Positions 8,980 through 16,971 of a DNA stretch of 64,000 bases are shown one piece after another. The DNA comes from an uncultured euryarchaeote (lineage in GTDB: Archaea; Thermoplasmatota; Poseidoniia; Poseidoniales; Poseidoniaceae), in assembly GCA_937899865.1 (NCBI GenBank), contig CALBRH010000033.1, positions 1,873-65,872 on the forward strand, in the 5' to 3' direction. Under the pieces are notes generated by a model that saw nothing but the letters and a program-made list of their open reading frames with translations, was not told the DNA's origin and ran no database searches. A program made the translations under genes and the position numbers. How positions within the stretch are numbered: the stretch's first letter is position 1; the number at the start of each line of letters is the position of its first letter.

Positions 8980-9000
8980 CTACCCAATTGTAGTAATTTT

Positions 9001-12000
9001 ATGGTAGAGAAAAGGGGTTCTAAGAAAGGCGGACCACGCAAGTATTTCTCTACCCTTTACTATTCAAATCAAGAATCAAGAACTTCACTACCAACTGCTG
9101 AGGAGCAAGCAGAATTGGCAAAACTAACAACCGATTATGAGGGTACAAGATATCAAGTTCCGGCTGGTATGCATGATGTTCGAGATGCGAGGAAATTGTT
9201 CAAAGAAATTGATGAAGACTATGATGCTAATGCTGCCAATAAAGATGATATTCGATGGAATAGGGAACATTCCTTAGACAATAAAAATAGTGACTATGAC
9301 TATCGTTTTTGGTTACAATATCAGAGCGAAGAAATCTCTGCAGGCAATCGATCCATGCAATTGATGAAGAGCCGAAGCAAAGAATTTCGAGATGCGATGA
9401 GTAAACTATCAGATTTAACTGTGGAAGTTGCAGAGAATCTATATTCGATGAGTTATGATGTTGTAAATACTGATTCTAAAACATCTAAACTCCACCCACT
9501 TGCACATCTAATTGAGCTAAACAGACTGATGTTGAAAGAATCAAACACTACTACTAAGGGATTGGGTGAGATTATTTTGCAAAGAACAAAAACATGGAGT
9601 TATGTGATGGACATTAATTTCTCGTTTGAAAAAGACAACGGTGGCAAAAACCTCGAGTATCTTAAAGAAAAGCCACTATTTTACCATCTTGCGAACACTA
9701 TGCTACAGGTTTATTTCAAGTCAATCCGCAAATCCACTAAATTGAGAACATTCAAAAATAACGACGAGTTAATCGAAGCACTCAATGAACTTGGTTATGA
9801 AGATACTGAAGGCAAGGCTAAAAAGGAACTTAAACAAGAGTTGAAAGAACAATTATTGATAACAAGCGATAAAGATTTAACCAATAAAAATTACAAAATC
9901 ACATATGTATGTGAAACCAATTCTTTCTTTAGGAAACTTCACAAAAAAATCGGTAAAGTTTTGTCTAAATGGACGGGATATTACACTATATTACCAGGTA
10001 AGAAAGATCCTTTTTTTGAACAGTTAAAGCATGTGTTAGACTATCCAGTAAACGAATTTTTGACAGTTGATTTCATTACTCCTGCGCTGGAAAAGTTCCG
10101 TAGAACGTGCATAAAAACTGCTGCAAGTTGTTTATTTAGCGCACAGCTGGCAGGTTACATCAATTTCGATTCTGCATCAGTAGATGAATTAGATTCTCTT
10201 TACGATTCAGAGTATGAAGGCTCTAATACCTCTTATCCAAATGTGGTTCGAATGTCAAAGAAATTGCTGAATGATTTGAATCAAGGTGACCATGCTATAA
10301 TCAGACATTTCCAGATGGACAGAAAGCGTAACATGTATTGTCTGCCAAAATCGCATGTTAGACAATCAGACGAAGAAAGGCAAAGTTCCGCAAAAAGCAG
10401 TAAGGGCAATGGAGGTTTTTTGCATAATGATAGTATGACTGTATCTATACATCCTGCATTAACCAACCTGATCGAGGAAGGCAGTTTAACTCACACAAGA
10501 TTCGAACCCTCTGAAGATACAATTAATGCTCTAAATATCTTACAAAAAACCCAATGGTCGATAAATTTAGATTTTCTTGATTTCATTGCTTATTTTACCT
10601 ATGAAGGAGAAAAAATTACACCATATCCAGAAGATATTCGCCAAGTTGCCTGGCAACGTTCAGACAATATGATGTTAAGAGATATATTCATTGAAAGAAT
10701 GGGTTTACGGAGTAGCGATACTTCAATGGAATCTCGTTTCCGTGACATTAAATTTATTCTCAAACAAGCAAGAAAAAATCTACTTAATGCAGGCAACATT
10801 TTTTGGCACCCATGGTTTTGTGATTGGCGTGGTAGGTTTAACACTAAAGTAAACGAATTAAGCCCTCAGGGCGACGACCTATCAAAAGCAATGCTATTGT
10901 TTGCTAAATGGAAGCCATTAGGAGAGAGAGGACGATATTGGCTCTATGTAAGAGCATATGAATTATTAAGGAAAATACCTAAAATTAACGATGGCTTTCC
11001 TAAGTTAGATGCATTCGATAGACAAGTCGAGTGGGTTGAGGAAAGGTTAGATAAGATCATAAAGTATGGCAAAAAATTGAATCGAAAAACCTCTGAAATT
11101 GAGCTTGAGAAGTTATTACAGGATTTGAAAGTGGATAAGCCGAAACCAAAGTCGGAAATTTTTCAACGAATTGCATTCCTCATTGAATTTGTCAGAATTC
11201 ACGAAGTTTACGACAAAGAGAAAGATTGGGATAAGGTGAAATCTGGCTTACCTATACACTTGGATGCCTCATGTAATGGCTTTCAGCACATTGCTGCATT
11301 AACCCGATTAACCCGAAATGAAGAATTAGCGGAAGATGAATTAGAAAAAAAAGAAGAATTAGCAAAAGAGGTCAATCTGCTAAACAAAAGTACTCTTGCT
11401 AAAGGAGATTTGTACAAAGAGGTTGCAGTGATTGCAAAGAACAATCTGGATGAAGACTTCGTCGAGGCAAAACAAATCAAAAAACTAATTGATGACCTTG
11501 AGTTGAATGAGAACTCAAGAAACGCCCTAGAGGAAAAAATATTTTCCAGGGAATTCTGCAAACCATTAGTAATTCTTGCAGGATACGGAGCTAGAGATTT
11601 ACATTCAACTATCATGAATTTCAATGGCAAAAAATTACGCGGTGGCAGGTACAAGCCAAAGAAAGGAAGTAAGTCTGAAGTAACATTACACTTAGAATCA
11701 GAATTATATCAAGTAATTGAGGAACTTGCTAAAGAATATCCCGGCGAATTTGACAAATTAGTGTTAAAGAAACAGAATGAGGACAAGGAATATTTAATTC
11801 CAGTAGAAAATTGCAAACTAGCCCACCGCTTTGGCCTAGATTTGTCGCATTATATTCACAAGTGTATAGTCAAAGCAACCCATAATACATTAGGTGAAAT
11901 AAAGGAGAAATTGAAGGAAATATATTCCAATATTGATACACTAGGCATCAAAACTGAAACGGATTTGCAACAATTAGACGCTATGACTCATAAAGGCCTA

Positions 12001-12990
12001 GGTAAACTGTTGCAGAGTAACAATAAGCCATTTAGTAAATTAAACAAAGCGGAAAGGTTAGACTCAGTAAAGGAACTAGTAATTGAAAAATGGAAGAATA
12101 AATTGTATTTCTCTTGGCAAGCCAATGAAACTTCTTCAATAGTTCGTTATATTAAGTGGAAATTGGAAAATGAGCGTGGTATGGCTAAATTGCCAACAGC
12201 AATCCTGCCTAAAGATTACATAGATCCAGGGCCAGAAGAAATCCAAAATTTCATCATTAACAGCCCCGACCTTTCACCCGGTCTTTTGAAAGAATTACTT
12301 GAAGCTCAAGAAAAAGTCCATGAGTCTCGCAAAGAGAAAAAATCTAGTTTAAAATCAAACCCACAGTCTTGGCAGGAAAGAAAATTAACGAGTAGGGTTT
12401 TTATGTGCTTACGCAACATCATATTACGAACTAAAGATGATGAGCATAGAGAGATTGCCAAAAACCATTATTATGCTAGATTTATCGATTTGCCAAAAGG
12501 TCGAATTAAGGAAGGGATTAAGCAGGGCAACCTTTACTCGATAGACACGAGTTACAGTATGAAGTTCAAAACAGATAAGAAAGGTTTGAAGGAGGCAGTC
12601 AACAAATTAAGAGACTTGAGTAGTGATATTGTTTTGGGAATGTTACCTAATTATATCCATTCTTTTGATGCTCTTCACATGCAAAATGTTGTGTTGGAAC
12701 TTGACAAGAAAGGAATACAGGATATTTGGGCGGTTCATGACTCATTTGGTGTTCATGCTTGTGATATCGAGTATTTACGAGATATTGTACGTGAAACTTT
12801 TGTTGAAATTCATCAAGATCCAATTCAGGTTCATTTGAAGCGAATTGTCGAACTGAATAGGTCAATTTTAGAGCCAAAATTTGTCGATAAATACATAGTA
12901 AAAATCGATAAGGAAATTGAGGAAATAAACCGTTCCCCTAATAATGATTGGATAAATAATGTACTGCATTCCAATTACCTAATTTCTTAG
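9001..12990 (+). CDS. T7-like single-subunit DNA-dependent RNA polymerase (~1329 aa)
   Basis: Catalytic and structural motifs align to T7 RNAP. HPWFCDWRGRFN matches T7 YNMDWRGRVY. Motif A is IHLDASCNGFQHIAAL (T7 QDGSCSGIQHFSAM), at 11257-11301. Motif B is REFCKPLVILAGYGA (T7 RSVTKRSVMTLAYGS), at 11548-11592. LPNYIHSFDALHM matches T7 APNFVHSQDGSHL. Motif C is WAVHDSFGVH (T7 LIHDSFGT), at 12727-12756. Start set at M29 (9001) rather than the track start at 8917. Confidence 0.92.
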   Translation: MVEKRGSKKGGPRKYFSTLYYSNQESRTSLPTAEEQAELAKLTTDYEGTRYQVPAGMHDVRDARKLFKEIDEDYDANAANKDDIRWNREHSLDNKNSDYDYRFWLQYQSEEISAGNRSMQLMKSRSKEFRDAMSKLSDLTVEVAENLYSMSYDVVNTDSKTSKLHPLAHLIELNRLMLKESNTTTKGLGEIILQRTKTWSYVMDINFSFEKDNGGKNLEYLKEKPLFYHLANTMLQVYFKSIRKSTKLRTFKNNDELIEALNELGYEDTEGKAKKELKQELKEQLLITSDKDLTNKNYKITYVCETNSFFRKLHKKIGKVLSKWTGYYTILPGKKDPFFEQLKHVLDYPVNEFLTVDFITPALEKFRRTCIKTAASCLFSAQLAGYINFDSASVDELDSLYDSEYEGSNTSYPNVVRMSKKLLNDLNQGDHAIIRHFQMDRKRNMYCLPKSHVRQSDEERQSSAKSSKGNGGFLHNDSMTVSIHPALTNLIEEGSLTHTRFEPSEDTINALNILQKTQWSINLDFLDFIAYFTYEGEKITPYPEDIRQVAWQRSDNMMLRDIFIERMGLRSSDTSMESRFRDIKFILKQARKNLLNAGNIFWHPWFCDWRGRFNTKVNELSPQGDDLSKAMLLFAKWKPLGERGRYWLYVRAYELLRKIPKINDGFPKLDAFDRQVEWVEERLDKIIKYGKKLNRKTSEIELEKLLQDLKVDKPKPKSEIFQRIAFLIEFVRIHEVYDKEKDWDKVKSGLPIHLDASCNGFQHIAALTRLTRNEELAEDELEKKEELAKEVNLLNKSTLAKGDLYKEVAVIAKNNLDEDFVEAKQIKKLIDDLELNENSRNALEEKIFSREFCKPLVILAGYGARDLHSTIMNFNGKKLRGGRYKPKKGSKSEVTLHLESELYQVIEELAKEYPGEFDKLVLKKQNEDKEYLIPVENCKLAHRFGLDLSHYIHKCIVKATHNTLGEIKEKLKEIYSNIDTLGIKTETDLQQLDAMTHKGLGKLLQSNNKPFSKLNKAERLDSVKELVIEKWKNKLYFSWQANETSSIVRYIKWKLENERGMAKLPTAILPKDYIDPGPEEIQNFIINSPDLSPGLLKELLEAQEKVHESRKEKKSSLKSNPQSWQERKLTSRVFMCLRNIILRTKDDEHREIAKNHYYARFIDLPKGRIKEGIKQGNLYSIDTSYSMKFKTDKKGLKEAVNKLRDLSSDIVLGMLPNYIHSFDALHMQNVVLELDKKGIQDIWAVHDSFGVHACDIEYLRDIVRETFVEIHQDPIQVHLKRIVELNRSILEPKFVDKYIVKIDKEIEEINRSPNNDWINNVLHSNYLIS

Positions 12991-12991
12991 T

Positions 12992-13016
12992 CAATTCCTA
13001 TACTATAGGTTAGGAG
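12992..13016 (+). promoter_or_regulatory. Phage-type (T7/SP6/K11-like) promoter candidate P1
   Basis: Sequence caaTTCCTATACTATAGGTTaggag lies 2 nt after the ssRNAP stop and 76 nt before the paralog-1 ATG. It shares the consensus AWTCCYAYACTAKAGGTT with P2 and P3. The core ACTATAGG is identical to the T7 promoter -7..+2. Confidence 0.55.
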
Positions 13017-13091
13017 AAAAATTAGCCGCATAATTTTAGCATAATTTATGCCAAAATAATGGAAAAAATACCCTGCCGAGGAGGTGAAAAA

Positions 13092-14390
13092 ATGAATAGT
13101 ATAACTAAATCAGTAAGTTGTGATAGTTGTGGTAATGACATCACGGTTCTTAATATTGGTAAAGATCCAGAATTACCGTTGTGTTTAATATGCACGCCAT
13201 GGGTGAATAATTCTCTAGACTATAGTCCTCATAAAATCGCAGGCGTAACCATAGATGATTTAGAATTATTCAGGAAATATCGTTCAATTACCAAGGGAAT
13301 TAATATTCCTAATGACGATTATAGTTGGAACTTATTCATCTGTGCGATAGTTAAGGCTAATGGTGATAATAACCTACTTGAAGAGGTACAGCAAGATTAT
13401 CAAACTAGATTAAAAATCCATCCAGAGCTTAGAGATTTCCTGACAATATCCTGGTCTGAAATACCTGAGAATGATGTGCTGAGAAAGACTTATTCTGATG
13501 TTGATATTGTAAATGATATCATCTCGGTATTCAAATCATATGAAATAGAGCAAGAGTATTTGGTAGCATTGTATGAATGTAGCCAGAAATATGAAAAGTA
13601 TCTTTCCACCTTAGGTAAATATGATTCCCAACCGGCAAACAGTTCATATTTTGCAGATTTTGAAACAGCAAAAAAGAATTTAGAAGGGAAATTGTACAAA
13701 ATACAATCGATTACAATTCCTGGCAAAATTATTGGTGATGCGTTGAGAATTGAGACAAACTGTATTTCTCGAGAATTTATTATCCAATTACTATATGATT
13801 ATGTCAAAAGCGACCAATCATACTCGTTCAATGATGCTTTGAATAACGTTACAAAATCAGTCACTTTACTTGACAAACTAATGGATCATCATGCCAATTT
13901 GCCATTCAAAAGATATCCAAACTCGCCTTTGGTTTTGGAAATTCTTAGCAAAATAATCAGTGGAGAGTACTGCAAAAACTCACAATACTCATTATTATCG
14001 GTCATAGCAAATAACAACGATTGTTATGACCAATCATGTAATTACTATCATAGAGATCGTAAAATATGGCAGAAATCATTTCAGTTATTAGAAGGGGTTA
14101 TCAGAACGTTAACAATTTCAAATGTTATAATTTGTAATGATGGACTAAAAGTTAGAGGCAAAAGCGGTAGATGGTATCTAGTGGAGCCAAGAGAAGGTAC
14201 CCCTATTTCCCAAAATGATGACTTTGTTGTAACTACTCTTGATGAAGGAGACAATGTTTGTATTCACATGAGATATCCATTTCGAGATATGCCGCTCGGC
14301 GACCAGTTAGCTTCTCTAGTGATGACTTTGTATAATGACAAAGTATTATTTGATAAAATTGATGTTCGTATTGACCCTTACTACTACTGA
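13092..14390 (+). CDS. Zinc-ribbon protein, island paralog 1 (~432 aa), unknown function
   Basis: N-terminal CDSC...x20...CLIC ribbon. The C-terminal block is shared with paralog 2: SFQLLxGxI, GxSGRWYxxEP, NxxCI, MPxGDQLASxVxTLxND. Start set at 13092, directly after the GGAGGTGA Shine-Dalgarno site. Confidence 0.75.
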   Translation: MNSITKSVSCDSCGNDITVLNIGKDPELPLCLICTPWVNNSLDYSPHKIAGVTIDDLELFRKYRSITKGINIPNDDYSWNLFICAIVKANGDNNLLEEVQQDYQTRLKIHPELRDFLTISWSEIPENDVLRKTYSDVDIVNDIISVFKSYEIEQEYLVALYECSQKYEKYLSTLGKYDSQPANSSYFADFETAKKNLEGKLYKIQSITIPGKIIGDALRIETNCISREFIIQLLYDYVKSDQSYSFNDALNNVTKSVTLLDKLMDHHANLPFKRYPNSPLVLEILSKIISGEYCKNSQYSLLSVIANNNDCYDQSCNYYHRDRKIWQKSFQLLEGVIRTLTISNVIICNDGLKVRGKSGRWYLVEPREGTPISQNDDFVVTTLDEGDNVCIHMRYPFRDMPLGDQLASLVMTLYNDKVLFDKIDVRIDPYYY

Positions 14391-14528
14391 ACTAAATTTC
14401 ATTTAGTAAATATTTGATTCAATCTTTTATGACTTTATTCAGATATTGTTGCAAATAATTTTCATGAAACAAACCCTATTTGCAAAACCAAAACGGCCCA
14501 CTGAACCAACACAAACTGTCAATAATTA

Positions 14529-14550
14529 CAATTCCCACACTAGAGGTTCG
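14529..14550 (+). promoter_or_regulatory. Phage-type promoter candidate P2
   Basis: Sequence caaTTCCCACACTAGAGGTTcg lies in the 277-nt spacer between the two paralogs. Confidence 0.5.
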
Positions 14551-14641
14551 CCACTACCAATATTTCAACACAACAATGTTCCATGTTCATCTCAACCAAA
14601 TAGCGTTTAGATATACCGCTTGAAAAATATCAAGTGCGGTG

Positions 14642-14664
14642 AAAATCCTACACTAGAGGTTACG
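14642..14664 (+). promoter_or_regulatory. Phage-type promoter candidate P3 (overlaps the paralog-2 Shine-Dalgarno site)
   Basis: Sequence aaaATCCTACACTAGAGGTTacg ends 4 nt before the ATG at 14668. GAGGT could also act as a ribosome-binding site, so the call is ambiguous. Confidence 0.45.
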
Positions 14665-14667
14665 AAA

Positions 14668-15975
14668 ATGTCTGAAAATATTATGAGAACAAATTGTGAA
14701 AGTTGTAAGACCAAACTAGCAACTGTAGATTTATCACAAGAACCCGACTTAATTTTGTGTGAGTTGTGTAAGCCATGGGTATTACATTCAATATATCAAG
14801 TGCCTAAGTCAGTAATTGGTATTGCGATCAAAGATCCTGAAATGTTTAGACATGGTCTAAAATTGATGGAAGGGTTTACCGAACCCGAACATGAGCGTGA
14901 CTGGTTGACTCTTCTGTGTCACATATTTTCAAAAAAAATATACGATGAAGAAACGTACGTGTCGACTTTAGGTACAGACATGGTAAATTCCCTTAGACAA
15001 GACTATGGTAACAGATGGAAGATATACGATGATGAAGCACTTGAGATGTTTGATATGTCCAAAAAAGTGGATTGCATTGAACCCGAAGCACTCGAACATA
15101 TTGAGTTTGAACATTGGGCTAATGATTTAACATTTCATTCAGAGTTTATCTCCGAGATGAAAGAAATACTCACCTTTTACCTAGATAGACGCAAAGAAAA
15201 CCAAGAGCACCAAGATTCACTCAAAGCATCTGGCTGGGGAGACTATGTAAAACTTCTAAACTTCAATGACGATGAACCGAAAATCTACAAAATTAATCAT
15301 CGTTTTGAAATTACGACCGAGCAAATTTACAAGGTTCTAGACTGGGCTGAAAAATATGATATTAGCTACGATTTCGTCCTCCAATTATTCTTTGATTGGG
15401 CGACATCTCATGCTCATAGTACAATCGATGGTTTGTTGTATGAAGCTAATATATATGCGCCTAAAATTCGTTTGGCATCATTCAAACATATGCCCAATTC
15501 GACGGAATTGTGTCGCCAAATTTATTGTTTGGCTAAAGGATATCATGGGCAAAATTTGCAATATCTCATACTTGCAGCAATACATCGATGGGGTCAGCAA
15601 CTATCGCCTTCACACCATTTTCTAGTTAGAGATGAAGAGGTTTGGTCTCGTTCATTTCAACTGCTAAGAGGCATTATTGAATCATTGGGTAGTAAACGAG
15701 CCAGAATTGATGTCGGACTAATCAAAATTAAAGGTGAGAGTGGTAGATGGTATGGAATTGAACCTGCAACATACAAGACAGATCTCCAACATTGGCAGGT
15801 AACTTCACTACCTAAAGGAAATTACATTTGTATTGATATTCAAGAACAGCATCTGAAAATGCCGATTGGTGACCAATTAGCATCAGTAGTTCTTACACTA
15901 GCCAACGACATTCTAATGGAACAAGAAGTACACACTTTACGACCTGAAAATTTTGGAAGAATACTACGACAATGA
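14668..15975 (+). CDS. Zinc-ribbon protein, island paralog 2 (~435 aa), unknown function
   Basis: N-terminal CESC...CELC ribbon and the same C-terminal blocks as paralog 1 (GESGRWYGIEP, GNYICIDIQ, MPIGDQLASVVLTLAND). Start moved from 14620 to M17, because motif P3 lies inside the longer ORF. Confidence 0.75.
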   Translation: MSENIMRTNCESCKTKLATVDLSQEPDLILCELCKPWVLHSIYQVPKSVIGIAIKDPEMFRHGLKLMEGFTEPEHERDWLTLLCHIFSKKIYDEETYVSTLGTDMVNSLRQDYGNRWKIYDDEALEMFDMSKKVDCIEPEALEHIEFEHWANDLTFHSEFISEMKEILTFYLDRRKENQEHQDSLKASGWGDYVKLLNFNDDEPKIYKINHRFEITTEQIYKVLDWAEKYDISYDFVLQLFFDWATSHAHSTIDGLLYEANIYAPKIRLASFKHMPNSTELCRQIYCLAKGYHGQNLQYLILAAIHRWGQQLSPSHHFLVRDEEVWSRSFQLLRGIIESLGSKRARIDVGLIKIKGESGRWYGIEPATYKTDLQHWQVTSLPKGNYICIDIQEQHLKMPIGDQLASVVLTLANDILMEQEVHTLRPENFGRILRQ

Positions 15976-16037
15976 TTCGCAAAAAGACTTGCCAGTCTAA
16001 AATGGCGCTGTAATCCCAGCATAGGATAAAACAAGAA

Positions 16038-16331
16038 ATGGAGGAAAATATAATGAAAAAAATAAGCAAGAAAACAGAGCAAGCAAACCAAGATGAGGGT
16101 AAACTCATCAAAGTAGAAGTGGCTGACCCAGCCCATGGGCATCAAACTTTGATGCTAAAACCTAAGGAGACTCAAGAATATTTGAGCACTCAATCTGACA
16201 AATGGATATTTGTCGACAACGAATTTACTCAAATTGAGAATCTATCCTTGGTCAACTGGAATACCACTGATACTGTTAGAGTCCTGCCAGGTTTAGTTGG
16301 AGGAATGATTAACAATGAGTATCGAAGATAA
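16038..16331 (+). CDS. Ubiquitin-like (ThiS/MoaD/SAMP-type beta-grasp) protein precursor with an internal diglycine
   Basis: The C-terminal region FVDNEFTQIENLSLVNWNTTDTVRVLPGLVGG-MINNEYRR has the ThiS/MoaD pattern (xVNxxxV...DxVxxxPxxxGG). The GG codons are at 16299-16304 and are followed by an 8-residue tail. The ORF overlaps the E1 gene by 17 nt. An alternative start is at 16053, after a GGAGG site. Confidence 0.7.
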   Translation: MEENIMKKISKKTEQANQDEGKLIKVEVADPAHGHQTLMLKPKETQEYLSTQSDKWIFVDNEFTQIENLSLVNWNTTDTVRVLPGLVGGMINNEYRR

Positions 16332-16971
16332 GTCGGACAAAATAAAAATTCTAGTCGTTGGACTTGGTGGCATTGGTTCGCAATTAACTGAATTAATTGT
16401 TCCAGCCTTAGACATAAGCGGCCTTAATGTTGAGTTGAACTTGATGGATGGGGATGTAGTTGAGAATAATAACCTCGCACATCAGAGGTTTTCTAGCGAA
16501 GATGAAAACAGTCCTAAAGTCGAAGTACTTCAGCAAAGGTACCAACGATATGAACACGTTAAGACAATAGCATACAATAACAACTTGACCACACAATCGC
16601 AATTGGAAGGTTATGACATCATCGTTGTTGCAGTCGATCGGCAAGAACCACGTAATCTAGTACACAAGAGTGACGCACACTGGGTAGACATGAGATGTCA
16701 AGGGGATGGTTGGTTACTAATCGATAGCGATACCAACAAAAGCATTCTCGACAAGATTCCCAACAACAAACAACCAGTCGGTTGTCAACTACCTGGCGCT
16801 ATTGAAAGTGGCAACATAGAGTTTGGATTTGCCGCAGTGGCAGCACTTGGTGCTCAGTGGGTTATGCAGAAACTAAGGATAATCAATGGACATCAATCAA
16901 GGACGCCCAAATTCAGCATGGGATATCTAACCCATGGGCAAATGAAGACATCAGTATTGGAGGAGATTTGA
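16315..16971 (+). CDS. Minimal E1-like adenylyltransferase (ThiF/MoeB/UBA family, 218 aa)
   Basis: Rossmann loop ILVVGLGGIGSQL, then MDGDVVENNNLAHQRF (the ThiF xDxDxVxxSNLxRQ motif), then IIVVAVDRQEPRNLV (the Mg/ATP aspartate and arginine). Confidence 0.8.
   Translation: MSIEDKSDKIKILVVGLGGIGSQLTELIVPALDISGLNVELNLMDGDVVENNNLAHQRFSSEDENSPKVEVLQQRYQRYEHVKTIAYNNNLTTQSQLEGYDIIVVAVDRQEPRNLVHKSDAHWVDMRCQGDGWLLIDSDTNKSILDKIPNNKQPVGCQLPGAIESGNIEFGFAAVAALGAQWVMQKLRIINGHQSRTPKFSMGYLTHGQMKTSVLEEI

Noticed and set aside
8917-9000. N-terminal 28 codons of the track ORF for the ssRNAP (MFSMMCIQRSSNF...)
   Set aside because: This stretch would place the start only 18 nt from the divergent gene's start and would cover the TATA-like element. 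The ATG at 9001 (MVEKRGSKKGG) is preferred, though this is not proven.
16011-16030. Possible fourth promoter-like motif before the Ubl gene (taatcccagcataggataaa)
   Set aside because: It shares AATCC and ATAGG but needs a 2-nt deletion in the core. ssRNAP promoters are spacing-sensitive, so it is too weak to call.
15840-16145. Two overlapping minus-strand ORFs bridging the paralog-2 end and the Ubl start
   Set aside because: They overlap well-supported plus-strand genes. They are hydrophobic low-complexity translations of a purine-rich plus strand and have no Shine-Dalgarno site.
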